A stretch of 64,000 nucleotides of DNA from a virus. A program made the translations under genes and the position numbers. The stretch's first letter is position 1; each line of letters opens with the position of its first letter. Under the pieces are notes generated by a model. The model worked only from the letters and a program-made list of their open reading frames with translations, did not search any database and was not told the origin of the DNA. Positions 53,601 to 61,171 of this stretch are shown here, one piece after another. The stretch covers positions 12,710 through 76,709 of IMG/VR virus record IMGVR_UViG_3300040807_001288; one strand, given 5' to 3'.

Positions 53601-54481
53601 CCGCTGGATTTAAGCTTGAAGAAGCGTTAGAAGAAAGCACTAATTACTTCTGGAAAGTGGTAAGCACTAAAGATTATGGAGATGCTACCGCTGTCACTAA
53701 TGGCCCCACCTGGGAATTCTTAACATCAAACAGCTTCGTCCCTCCTTCTCCAGATACTCCAGGCAAAAATGAGTCTGTATCTACTGATTGGAGTGCGTCC
53801 TCAGTATTTAGTCGAAGCCGTAGTTGGGGTACTAGGGAGGGGGATGTTCGAGCTAAGATATTCAAGATGACCCAGGCTAAGTCTAACATATCGTTCGTAT
53901 ACAGAGAGTCCTTAAGATCCATGATAGCCTCTTTCAACGATATCGGATACTTTAACTCTGAAGATGCTTTTGTGGATGTTCAATGTGTGCATGGCAACGC
54001 AGAAAGAACCATAGCCAAACTTAAACAAGAAAACAATATCATTCTTCCAATTATATCTGTTTCTCAGACTGTATCGGACAACGATGATGATCGGCGTAGG
54101 TATGAGAGCGTCCTGATTCACGAAAAATATTGGGACGAAGAAATGAATAGAGCCATTAGAATCGTTAGCCTAGCGCCTAGACCTGTAAATATTAAGTATC
54201 AGGTTAATGTTTGGTGCAAGTACATGGCTGATATGGATCAAATCCTTGAACAAATAAGATTGAAATTCAACCCTGAAATGGATATTTACACCACCTACTC
54301 AACGCTTGCAAAGGCTTCTGTAGACAGTGAGGAGGCTGTGGGTAGCATGTCTGCTAAAGATAAAGAAGATAGAGTTATTAAGAAAACACTAAACGTAACT
54401 CTAAAGACGTACATTCCCAGCCCCAAGTTCCTAATAACTTCTACGGGTCAAATCGAAGAGTTTAAAATAAAGACGGACTAA
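44636..54481 (+). CDS. 3281-aa protein: eight beta-helix-like modules, an Ig/FN3-like domain and a C-terminal gp15-like tail terminator
   Basis: Eight TIG..xDY..F.LA starts and eight PTTDILGNPR...PGA ends. The C-terminus has LPIIS and PVNIKYQVNVWCKYMADMDQILEQIRLKFNP (gp15-like). It sits between gp14 and the sheath gene. Confidence 0.78.
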   Translation: MAFVYTKTIGVGKDYTTFTLAEGDIVNIPTSPDLVAEDEAIVFEVDAGTYSESTVFFDAAVSGDADHQVTFKPAPGSEHNGEFGTGVIREFTGGGTYSFVTQMSDLVFSGLTFSLPDNTTYLRSLLIGEGSGVFIDSCLFDNKNNRNSSETVTNANWGVTFRNCVFKKLEKYSDVITFTAGATYEGNAKVINCSFLGEYIGERAFAVNFAGDLTLEVTNCIGAIDHAWYQTGTGTLSLTGGFNYFGHSQEIPEAIRGPLRRIFATPAITCEDFNAMIHNVSSMQLFDVSGQKITETSGAGPSVSSLSVPTTDLVGNPRSGATTLPGAWATLTSSLGEYNNPTEVIKSIGTNSRDYATIELAVADITNVAVAEFGGHSFAGYNGKLIFELYNDSVFQLASNITVFNSTRPFQCDQTRNITFRPAVGDQHTGIGGTGVRIINPNSQNSTGITAGENFMIFSGLSFDSNDNGFSFNALPSYLSLIHNFRYNVHLPIATQGVTFVNCFFNLPESIASTQSNLNALQLGSIGNLSDEYRKYAKVGTETYPIIIKNNVFHRCACGLNSPNYDTGPDVQAHYHLVNNTLINDGNISTQSPLRIGAGALGNTYALTAVNNFILVGESERPIGGYGPSAICTFVGSNNYASNPTNRPALPLPPFNGTYTWPTSLQGSPNPIQKTTLYDPSSVSGAGDYGIYVKSRGILLDSPQNSLVSGGVGPDVSSIVPTTDILGNPRTGSSVNPGAYANTSETVRVVRSLGHEKNYSTWNLGIADISDILLSDTETSAYGTDSLLEANCELVFEAFSSTPSQYGAYTRLDLPFYDTDKTRRLQLSATASQRHRGRFNTGVSFYVTSSPAIRCRGSNWTVDGIFINNGTPIGDGSVEPTAFAPGDKWFETYPYDSVASGGLFGIHLKNIFVSNPYQVYFNTDNRTGAKRATFVNLNNLGSRSNPIVVENCDFLGNSQAVDIVNSPTGSGKETHVRIVNCNFNSQWRGGPHGQTLRFIGRNNIYPCVTYADIVNCTHTTNTTNSVPRPDGYNEGNGTTQVLGGGGADIYYVMNSATEEELQITGGGNLGRYLSPSSTLLRSFGDYGIGEAIQPSNEFDGSSAVYRQLQENNWLRYSPSLYEPSAGQYLAAERAEELYDTGGGLLISNTMTLLSGTGRSLASPHNNAVGKGLSHEVCSIVPTTDMLGNPRDASSILVGPYSVGEETVEIVRTVGPGQQYSTMPLATGDIVNICTSAVELSAQPERLGTNLFMTNKRLVFALSGELGHLDSAVNTYKGTVVTDPTRNIVFSGVDNHNGYRDQGSVLAGSGFIVNNNIEHTLFKNIQFKDLRGTGGGYQLFTSNQFEEEGTIGTTLDGCLFVLSGTSNPRIISQGYRTKDCGTYRYPFTIKNCVLRTDPTQNVQGGVLYGSNAASGHFFHIELINNTFDIKSNAYAVGTTSFTNYDKALIRTINNYSFGHGNSNSPNSNTSNVYYPTTSGNWINGYLPDRTFGAGTTVYGESSNDRWSLSALEPSATDNPYYSVRTSNFVDYKNNLINETKGVGPASSTYMGVLVPSEDILGNPRTGTTTLPGAYSVPELNTISRRISKTDTGPDVYSTFTLAEADIVNIATSAVINDEVVNKDLIYHNAEIVFDVDAGEYVEDFRIDHSTDIPQKDYARRITYTAASDSGHQGYDNSGVRIVSVAGAVGNHVEIKDSYTTFDNFVIHNINESLTQTKVNFTVKSGPVGVIVKNNIIETFNNRQAVRLGQDFAGSEYEPIEVFNNVIRADRSNNQYAIYIYNNSSGDLYTRLLNNTVLGNVNIPAIGTAAATIGTSVAHEMSNNLVLSDRATAFNVIPTGENNFGPSVQAWPVAIQGSPYPITPTFSITDPSSSPSTDFAVYMGVTKALIDMSGNAVWQKGMGPASSTLVPTTDILGNPRSGLTANPGAFELDGNFPVIEVLRTIGPSRDYSTFSLAESDVVDIATSAIGGEDLRYYNGKIKFEADAGTYAESVSFNSSLTTDATRNVTYRPASGSEHGGSLSSGVIVSGSSGNTAGLYDDFIHFEGIVLKSSASYALAIGADGVTVDGLVLANTNSDVAIFQNGTALNPVRCLNCVAHATNGYGFYIFGTSTAAHVHLVNSTAIVSSGSYAIRNYGSAANLTLINHLGLVTSGAAYQAVASPTITGSNCFSTGTGPFPAAIQGSPYPVTTTTRLDPSSVSGADDYAIFLPRTGQLADAEQNVVLSGGVGPASSTLVPTTDIQGNPRSGATANPGAFEVALPLTETIRTIGASGQDYTTISLALGDMPDIALSAFGSTDIASKNARITFHIVPGSYARATNISNTVSGDSDRFITLSSTEPLGAVVNKGSIAFNAFTFAEPAEYFKFKGIYAAGTVGGFAVANTPFRGITVESCFLETESTPQYAGWRGQGAVAYAGTEDDPLVLINNIGATPNLVQLEHSGAACNVSAVNNTLVKNFEGNYTKGMFHTEQAVSNKFRLYNNINLNEGTADNQGFVRIQNGTIDVSGAGNVSKVNPTQGAEALGIGVDLPITRSLSPDTSSAIFVGTSGILFDNANNEAIGRGASSFAPTTDILGNTRVGNNPGAWGTTVSSVDTSTFSIGTSGRDFTTFTLANATIADMVGSSLVVDNTKVNFDVHNDDVFRESVNFGTNLEADEDRFITYQAASGDQHNGLIGTGSRLETSVGGHTLQDDYTIFDGLAFGLVGVQNSKSLFDLTQDTNTKEGTIFQNCIFYDETGNSNIGIDGRTKYNLGSQTDPIEIDNGVFYNFAFPVSYGYNGGDNFEHRFELINCSFLGNDRAIRVDLRSTNSTVYSKLVNLLAYNSTVADLEEISGAATHSTLGSRQNYGLRGDFPGLGSRNPVSGTTDLDPQTSGFHAIHVASGDPTPAIDSDNDILSQGIGPLVVSDVPQFDILGVERPQTQCEPGAFQVSGGGVIIPEKPTNPSPAYEATDVEANPTISWVDDPVTAPTGWKVYFSTSPIFTEADVVHRGPAGFKLEEALEESTNYFWKVVSTKDYGDATAVTNGPTWEFLTSNSFVPPSPDTPGKNESVSTDWSASSVFSRSRSWGTREGDVRAKIFKMTQAKSNISFVYRESLRSMIASFNDIGYFNSEDAFVDVQCVHGNAERTIAKLKQENNIILPIISVSQTVSDNDDDRRRYESVLIHEKYWDEEMNRAIRIVSLAPRPVNIKYQVNVWCKYMADMDQILEQIRLKFNPEMDIYTTYSTLAKASVDSEEAVGSMSAKDKEDRVIKKTLNVTLKTYIPSPKFLITSTGQIEEFKIKTD

Positions 54482-54744
54482 TGCCACTTATCTCAGACGA
54501 AGGAACAGCCGCAACCTGCGGACACCCACAGACGGGCAGCAGTAAGGTATTTGTTGTCGGAAAGGGAGCTTGTCGCGTAGGGGTGGATACTGCTGGAGGA
54601 GTTATACTAGGTCCTGGGGCTCCTAAAGTATTTGTAGAGAATAGCGTTGTTTCCCTGGTCGCAGATAATATCGCTGGACATGGGTTCCTTCCGCACTCAT
54701 CGCCAGTGACTCAGGTAACACAAGATAAAGTGTTTGCTCAGTAA
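54481..54744 (+). CDS. PAAR-like spike tip protein
   Basis: CGH...GSSKVFV, G..KVFVEN and H...PH...KVFA repeats. Confidence 0.8.
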   Translation: MPLISDEGTAATCGHPQTGSSKVFVVGKGACRVGVDTAGGVILGPGAPKVFVENSVVSLVADNIAGHGFLPHSSPVTQVTQDKVFAQ

Positions 54745-54798
54745 AAAAGTTTCACAAAAACCAGCAAGAAAGGGTACATACTAAAGAGAGGATTAGTC

Positions 54799-54975
54799 AT
54801 GAAGGTTGTAAAAAACGATTGTATGCAAACAATTACAGTATACTTCAACACAGAAACGGGGTGTCTTGAAAAGTACATGAAGCCTGGGGAGTCCATTGTG
54901 GTTCCTGAGGCGTACATAACAGAACAGATCAAAACTCTGCACCGTCGCAGAATTTTTAAAATTTCTAACGCTTGA
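54799..54975 (+). CDS. 58-aa hypothetical protein preceding the sheath gene (absent from the ORF track)
   Basis: GAGAGGA RBS, then MKVVKNDCMQTITVYFNTETGCLEKYMKPGESIVVPEAYITEQIKTLHRRRIFKISNA, ending 10 nt before the sheath ATG. Confidence 0.7.
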   Translation: MKVVKNDCMQTITVYFNTETGCLEKYMKPGESIVVPEAYITEQIKTLHRRRIFKISNA

Positions 54976-54985
54976 GGACTAAGTT

Positions 54986-57190
54986 ATGCCTAATTATGTG
55001 AGCCCTGGTGTTTACACCATTGAGAAAGACATTTCCGATTACGCACCTTCGATTAACACATCAATCGTAGGTATTGTTGGTTTCGCCTCTAAAGGACCTA
55101 CCAACAAAGCTACCCTGATTACCGATCAGAACAAGTTGATCAGAACCTTTGGTGAGCCTAGTGAGGATATCGTAGGTCAGGCTCTTGAGGGCGGTCTTGA
55201 AATTCTAGAGACAACGAACTCTCTCTACTTTGTTCGAGCCGCTAACGAGTCTGCTGCTGATGCCTCCGCTACAATGCCTTTAGGAAGCTGCCCTGCGCTA
55301 ATCGTCTCTGGTCCTGATGCGGGCGTTGATGTAGCAAACTGCTTCGGAGGAACAGGCACTGGAGCTAGTGCTCTTACTCTTAGAATTCAAGTCACCGACA
55401 ACGAAGGTGCGGCTCAGTTCACAGACAATGGTGGAGCAGGTAAGGATTTTGTTGTTCCCGTAGGAACTGCTCCATCACAGGCCGCTGCCCTAAGGAGCAT
55501 TATTGGTGGCGCTCTGGATGCTGACAAGGTTGGCGTCTTCGACGATGATGCCGTAGGAACGAGCAACCTGGGTCTGTCTGGAGCAATCGTAGGCAGCTTC
55601 GCTGGATCAGGCGCTACTCTTTCAGTAAGTTCTTGTTCTGGAACAACTTTTGATCCCGCTAAAGGTGCTGATGCACTCAGGCAAGTATATTCGCCTAGTG
55701 CTGGAAGCGCGGGCTTCGGAGCTTCTGGTGATTTAGTATCCGCCATCAAGGTTTTTGGATCTACGTTCATGACCTCGGAGGAAACTGCTGCTACTGGGTG
55801 CTCCTATGACATTGAAAGTCTTTTTCCTGGTACTGGGTACAACGGCGGTGTTAAAACGAACGGAGATACTAGTGGCAACACTATAACTATCAACGGCCTA
55901 GGCTCTCAAAACTTTAGTGTTGTCGTCAACCAAGACGGTGTTGCTGAAGAAACCTTTAAGGGCAGTTTTGTAGGCTCTGGTGTATTCCTTGAGGACGTAA
56001 TTAATACTGGTCAGGATAACCCAACTTCTGAACTAATCAAAGGTAACTTAACAAAAGGTGGGTCCGATGCCACTGCTGCTAGACTTGTTCGTTTTATAGA
56101 CACCGCCGAAACTCTTTTTGGAAGTGGATTGTTCAAAGTTAGGACTAAGGCTATTGTTGGTGGAGGCATCACGGGAGAAGTGGAGTATGCCCCTCTGACC
56201 GATGCTGGAGGTAGATTCGTAAAGCTCGTACAGTCTGCGGCAACTAACCTTGCTGGAGGAACTAACGGAGACGACTCCGATCAAACAACCTCTCTCATAG
56301 GTGATGCCACAGAGGATCCCAAGACGGGTATGCAAGCTCTTGACGATCCGATTCTTAACATCGGTATAGCTTTAGTTCCTGGAGTGTACACGCAAGCTGT
56401 ACAGAATGCTTTAATTACTCTCGCTGAGACCACACAAAACTTCTTGGCGCTGGTTGCACCTCCTCTTGCTATCGGCACAGTTCAAAATGCTATCGACTGG
56501 AGTAACGGAAAGTCCTCTAGCACGGCAGGTTCCAGAACTGCTGCGATCAACAGTTCCTATGCTGCCATCTACTGGCCTCATGTCAAGATTTTCTCTACCT
56601 TCGACGGTAAGGATCGTTTCCTAGATCCTACTATCTTTGCGGCTCGTCAGATGGCCTACACCGATGCGGTTGCCGATAGCTGGTTTGCTCCTGCTGGTTT
56701 CCGTAGAGGTCGCCTCACTAAGCCCTCAGAGACTGAGGTTAAGCTCAACCAAGGCGATAGAGACAGCCTGTACAGCGGAGGTAACGTAATCAACCCCATC
56801 GTTAACTTCCCGCAGCAGGGTATCACTATCTTTGGTCAAAGAACTACTCAAAGAAACCCAACGGCACTCGACCGTATCAATGTCCGCAGACTCATGATCT
56901 ACATTCGTAAGATCATCCTTCTCTCTACGCAGAGATTTGTCTTCGAGCCTAACGACGAGTTTACTTGGGCGCAGATTGAGGGAGTTCTCAACCCCTTCCT
57001 TGATGACATCCGCAGAAGGCGGGGCATCACTGAGTTCCGTGTCGTATGTGACGAGACAGTGAACACTCCAATCAGAGTTGATCGTAACGAACTCTGGACT
57101 AAGGTTCTTGTTAAGCCTACCAAGACTGCTGAGATCCTCATCTTTGAAATTAACCTGACGAACCAGTCGGCTCAGTTAGGAAACCTATAA
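54986..57190 (+). CDS. Tail sheath protein (gp18-like)
   Basis: YVSPGVYTIEKD, WFAPAGFRRG, INPIV, FGQRT, DRINVRRL and FVFEPND motifs. Confidence 0.97.
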   Translation: MPNYVSPGVYTIEKDISDYAPSINTSIVGIVGFASKGPTNKATLITDQNKLIRTFGEPSEDIVGQALEGGLEILETTNSLYFVRAANESAADASATMPLGSCPALIVSGPDAGVDVANCFGGTGTGASALTLRIQVTDNEGAAQFTDNGGAGKDFVVPVGTAPSQAAALRSIIGGALDADKVGVFDDDAVGTSNLGLSGAIVGSFAGSGATLSVSSCSGTTFDPAKGADALRQVYSPSAGSAGFGASGDLVSAIKVFGSTFMTSEETAATGCSYDIESLFPGTGYNGGVKTNGDTSGNTITINGLGSQNFSVVVNQDGVAEETFKGSFVGSGVFLEDVINTGQDNPTSELIKGNLTKGGSDATAARLVRFIDTAETLFGSGLFKVRTKAIVGGGITGEVEYAPLTDAGGRFVKLVQSAATNLAGGTNGDDSDQTTSLIGDATEDPKTGMQALDDPILNIGIALVPGVYTQAVQNALITLAETTQNFLALVAPPLAIGTVQNAIDWSNGKSSSTAGSRTAAINSSYAAIYWPHVKIFSTFDGKDRFLDPTIFAARQMAYTDAVADSWFAPAGFRRGRLTKPSETEVKLNQGDRDSLYSGGNVINPIVNFPQQGITIFGQRTTQRNPTALDRINVRRLMIYIRKIILLSTQRFVFEPNDEFTWAQIEGVLNPFLDDIRRRRGITEFRVVCDETVNTPIRVDRNELWTKVLVKPTKTAEILIFEINLTNQSAQLGNL

Positions 57191-57201
57191 GGAGATAACT
57201 A

Positions 57202-57795
57202 ATGGCAACATCTTACTATAAGGAAAAGTACGGAAGAAATTTCACCCCAGGTCAGGGTCTTCCTACCGTGTCCACTGATCTAGATTCCGTCAGGACATAT
57301 CAGTTCGAGATTCACTTCTTCGGACTGCCTGAGGACATCACAAACTCAACAGATCTTACCCTCGCTGCGAAGCAGGTTGGTGGTCTTTCCATGAAGAACG
57401 AAGCTATCACGATTGATCGTGTCAATGATAAGCTTCACTACCCAGGCAAGACCACTCCAGGGGACCTTACGGTTACCTTCGATAACCTTTATCTTAGAGA
57501 GACCGCTTCTGATCTGTTCCGCTTCTTCAAGCACACCTATGATCCTGTCACTGGTGAGATGACGAAGAGTGCCCAGCCTGGAGGTCAAGCAGGAGTTACG
57601 TTCAAGGCAGACAAAGTTGAAGTTGTGATGCTGGACAACACTTTAACTCCTCACTCAACCATCGAGCTTTACGGAGTGTATCCATCTTCTTGGGAAGCTT
57701 CTGAGTTTAACTACGCTCAGAGCCAGTTTCACACGCTTACGGTTACCTTCAAGTACGACTTCATGAACGTCTACAACTACTCAAACCCCTCCTGA
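57202..57795 (+). CDS. Tail tube protein (gp19-like)
   Basis: Follows the sheath gene. YPGK...LTVTFD, LYGVYPS and TVTFKYD motifs. Confidence 0.9.
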   Translation: MATSYYKEKYGRNFTPGQGLPTVSTDLDSVRTYQFEIHFFGLPEDITNSTDLTLAAKQVGGLSMKNEAITIDRVNDKLHYPGKTTPGDLTVTFDNLYLRETASDLFRFFKHTYDPVTGEMTKSAQPGGQAGVTFKADKVEVVMLDNTLTPHSTIELYGVYPSSWEASEFNYAQSQFHTLTVTFKYDFMNVYNYSNPS

Positions 57796-57817
57796 TCAAG
57801 GAAAATTAGTAGGTTTT

Positions 57818-57857
57818 TAGCCCCGTCCTTTACCTGTGTGGGCGGGGCTATTTTTTT
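57818..57857 (+). terminator. Rho-independent terminator after the tube gene
   Basis: TAGCCCCGTCC/GGGCGGGGCTA stem followed by T7. Confidence 0.85.
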
Positions 57858-57872
57858 CATCTATTATAAGGT

Positions 57873-60296
57873 ATGGATTATTTCTCAGAACTACTGGAGA
57901 GCTATGGTAAGCTCAAGAAGAGGACCTATAAGCTTACATATATCACTGAGCAGGTAGGCAATCCTGAAGCGGAACTTATTAACATACTTAAAAATGCTCC
58001 CGAAGGAGATGAAGCTCCCATAACAGGCACCCCTTATCCCGCACTAGAAAAGTTTAAGTATAACAAATCTAAAGGTGGGGATGACGGTGTTAATGTTAAT
58101 GGAAGTATCGGAGGTAGACCATTTACTGTTCAGATCTTAAAAGATGGTAGCTTTAACGACGAAGGTTCCGCTCCTGAGATGAAAGATGCCTTGCTAAAGG
58201 CAATGGCGGGAGAGGCTCCAGACCCTACACCAGCAGATCAAGCGGCTCAAACCATGGCTGATCAAGCCGCCGCGAGAGAGCAATTTTTAGCTACAAGGAC
58301 GGGGCAGTTTGTAGACCAAGGGTACTCCATAAATCCAGATGATGAAGTTAACATCAATGCTGGTATGATTTCACTACAGAAAACTCAGGAAGCACTAGAG
58401 GGTTACTGTCAGAAATGGGATCCCAATCGACTAGGCACCAGCATCAAGTGGTGTAAAAGCCAAAAGACCTTTATCACAGGATCCTCAAAATCTTCCATGA
58501 CCTGGAAAATTGCTAACGGAACTAGTATAAGTGACCCTCCTGATGAGAGGGAACAACCCCTTCCCGCAGGTCTAATTAACGATGCTCTTAAAAGTAATGA
58601 CATTCTGCTATCCTTCATTACAGATCCCCCTAATGATGACAACAAAGAAGAGCGTTGTGCTGAGTTAAAAAACAGAGTTGGATCTAGAGGAAAGGGTAGA
58701 CTTGTTCTTTTTGGAGAAGATATAGATGAAGCAACGGGAAGACCTTCTGATGGTATCGTGGTAAACGTCACAAACAGTGCTTATCTGTATCAAGACGCCT
58801 TCGGTGCTGCCGAAAAAAGCTGTGGAGAATCTTTCAAGCCTACTGCTTTAGGCTCCGCTTCCACCAACAACAAAGCACTAAACACCATCCGAGGAACGGT
58901 TAATGAGAAGGCTCTTCAGTTAGCAGTTCGATTAAACAGAAAAGATATAACTCCAGAAGAGAGACGAGAAGCGTTCAAAGATATTGCTTCTTACATCTTG
59001 GAGAAGCAGACAGCATTAAGAGAGTTCGCTCAACAGACGCTTTCTGAAGGAGCGGATCCTCCTGCCAAGGATCTAGGAATGGCTGATGAAGAGGAGATTT
59101 TAATGGAACAGTTTGAGATGTCTAAGAGTGATGAGCTTATTAGATATACATTGGAGGTTGTAAGAAAGCACCAAGAGTTTGTTAAGTTCATGGGCGCTGA
59201 TGATTCTTACGATTACGCGAAAGGTGGTGGTACGGGTGCCAGAGCGGATAGTGTTCTTTTATATAACTCTGAGGAGGACGCTCTCGCTGCCGCTGAACGT
59301 GCTGGGTTGAACCCAAAGAAGGCCGTTACCTTAAATAAAGAGAAGGGTATGTTTGAAATAGGTATCGGTCAGAAGGATAAGAAGGACGGTATTGGATCTG
59401 TAAAAATGGGTGAGTTCAACTCTACTGATAGACGTAGAGGCGTAGTCAGGGGAGAGCTTGCAGACGACAAGATTGGAAAAGACTTCTATAAGTGGGCCGA
59501 CGACCTTCAGTTCGGAGGAGGTGCTGCGGGTCAAGAAAGAAGACAGGCAATGCTGGACTTTGAGGATGAGCTAGAGTCCGAAGTGGCTGGCCTTGGATCT
59601 AAGATTAGAAATGGAATAATCTACAATGGAGACGAAGGAACTACTAGAGTATCTCCAAGAGAAATTCTTTCCATGATGTCGAAGGTTGTTGTAAAGTCTC
59701 TAGGGTTTAAAGGAAAAACATCTGAGGACACTAGAGAGATGGGCAATGCCTTCGTAGGCAAAATTGATTTCAACGATAAGTCTGAAATTAATAAGAGAGC
59801 GGAGCTAATGGAGAGGAAGGCCAGAGTAAAAAAGGTTTCCGACGCTCTCAAAGACCCTGAAAGACAACAAGCCGCTAAAGATTGGGTGATTAGAAACGCC
59901 ATGATGACTGGTGGAAACCAGCGGGACATTCTACAGCTAGTAACTTCTTACAATGAAAACAGATCTGTGGCTGTTAATCACAACAAGTTTTTTGATATGC
60001 TTAATGATTCAAGCAGTGATGTAAGCATAGAGCCTAGCAGATCAGGAAGCTCCTTCGTTATTACTGTCGATGGTCTAGAGGCTACTCTAGGGTTTGAAGG
60101 AACTAGTACGACTAATGGCAGAGAGACTAGAACTGCATTCAACCTGTCTAAGGGAGCGGTTCTTAGTCCTAAGATGGGTCAAGGGTTTACTACCCCACCT
60201 GCTAAGAAATCTAGTAACAAAGAGGAGAGCACCTTGTATAACTTCATTGAGAAGCAGGTTAAGCTCCTAGAAGGTTTGATCAATCAAGCCAAATGA
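57873..60296 (+). CDS. Hypothetical 807-aa protein
   Basis: Long ORF with N-terminal LLE/ITE sites and a possible degenerate PD-(D/E)XK-like motif. Confidence 0.7.
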   Translation: MDYFSELLESYGKLKKRTYKLTYITEQVGNPEAELINILKNAPEGDEAPITGTPYPALEKFKYNKSKGGDDGVNVNGSIGGRPFTVQILKDGSFNDEGSAPEMKDALLKAMAGEAPDPTPADQAAQTMADQAAAREQFLATRTGQFVDQGYSINPDDEVNINAGMISLQKTQEALEGYCQKWDPNRLGTSIKWCKSQKTFITGSSKSSMTWKIANGTSISDPPDEREQPLPAGLINDALKSNDILLSFITDPPNDDNKEERCAELKNRVGSRGKGRLVLFGEDIDEATGRPSDGIVVNVTNSAYLYQDAFGAAEKSCGESFKPTALGSASTNNKALNTIRGTVNEKALQLAVRLNRKDITPEERREAFKDIASYILEKQTALREFAQQTLSEGADPPAKDLGMADEEEILMEQFEMSKSDELIRYTLEVVRKHQEFVKFMGADDSYDYAKGGGTGARADSVLLYNSEEDALAAAERAGLNPKKAVTLNKEKGMFEIGIGQKDKKDGIGSVKMGEFNSTDRRRGVVRGELADDKIGKDFYKWADDLQFGGGAAGQERRQAMLDFEDELESEVAGLGSKIRNGIIYNGDEGTTRVSPREILSMMSKVVVKSLGFKGKTSEDTREMGNAFVGKIDFNDKSEINKRAELMERKARVKKVSDALKDPERQQAAKDWVIRNAMMTGGNQRDILQLVTSYNENRSVAVNHNKFFDMLNDSSSDVSIEPSRSGSSFVITVDGLEATLGFEGTSTTNGRETRTAFNLSKGAVLSPKMGQGFTTPPAKKSSNKEESTLYNFIEKQVKLLEGLINQAK

Positions 60297-60798
60297 TATC
60301 TTCTTCCTTCAATAGGTCATCGAATAGATATATTTTATAATATATATTATCTTTATGTATTTCTATATACTTATTAGTATTTAATATACTTATATTAGAG
60401 GGGATGACGGCGAGGGTTTTTTGTCGATCTTGTTTAAATATCAACATCGGGAACTTTCCACACTTATCAGCATCCTTTTGGCACTGATCTATAAATCCCC
60501 AGAAGTTTGAACTATAATTGTACAGGCTGTAGATGCTTTCGTCATTGTAGCCTTTCTTACATTCTATACAGAACTTGAAGTTTTGAGGGGTGATCAGGTC
60601 TCCATATATCTTGAGATGATCTGGGAGGCTGTGTGTAGTGGCAAATGCTCCTGACCCAGGGGTCCTAGAAAACTCGCTAGTGTTGAAGCGTTCGTTAAGT
60701 ATTTTAGCTATCTGCCTTTCAAAGGTGGAGCCTTTGGCTCTACTGTTAACTTTCTTCTTCTTCTTGTTCAACTTAGAAATATCGTAATTATCTTTCAT
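60280..60798 (-). CDS. Holliday junction resolvase (Hjc-like PD-(D/E)XK)
   Basis: SRAKGSTFER, RTPGSGA, GDLI, IECK and PMLIFKQDR motifs. Confidence 0.88.
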   Translation of the reverse strand: MKDNYDISKLNKKKKKVNSRAKGSTFERQIAKILNERFNTSEFSRTPGSGAFATTHSLPDHLKIYGDLITPQNFKFCIECKKGYNDESIYSLYNYSSNFWGFIDQCQKDADKCGKFPMLIFKQDRQKTLAVIPSNISILNTNKYIEIHKDNIYYKIYLFDDLLKEEDIIWLD

Positions 60799-60813
60799 AA
60801 CCCCTTGCTCAGA

Positions 60814-60822
60814 CTATAATAG
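60814..60822. promoter_or_regulatory. CTATAATAG element at a divergent junction
   Basis: TATAAT lies 6 nt before ATG 60827, with no RBS. Confidence 0.55.
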
Positions 60823-60826
60823 TGCA

Positions 60827-61171
60827 ATGGACACCAAGCCTGAAAATATCAAACTTAACGTAGAAAACTGGAAGATCCGCGTAGATGAGCGGAGCAGGAA
60901 CAGAATGAAAATTCAACTCAAACTATCAAAAGATGAGGCCCTCGGCTACAAGCATTTCGCTGAGGTCTGCAAGCCTGGAGAAGTCTCGGACGCAGACTTC
61001 ATGAAGATTGTATTCTTCACGGGCATGGAAGCACTGAACCAGCAGATCGTGCAGCAGGTTCAAGAGTATGCTCTGAACAATAAAGAAGAGCTTGCCGCAT
61101 CAGGCATCACAGTAATCGAAGGCGAGGACGGGGTATCCCTATCCGATTCAAATGCTGTGGAAGCTGACTGA
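60827..61171 (+). CDS. Hypothetical protein
   Basis: 114-aa ORF coupled to the next gene by TGATG. Confidence 0.7.
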   Translation: MDTKPENIKLNVENWKIRVDERSRNRMKIQLKLSKDEALGYKHFAEVCKPGEVSDADFMKIVFFTGMEALNQQIVQQVQEYALNNKEELAASGITVIEGEDGVSLSDSNAVEAD

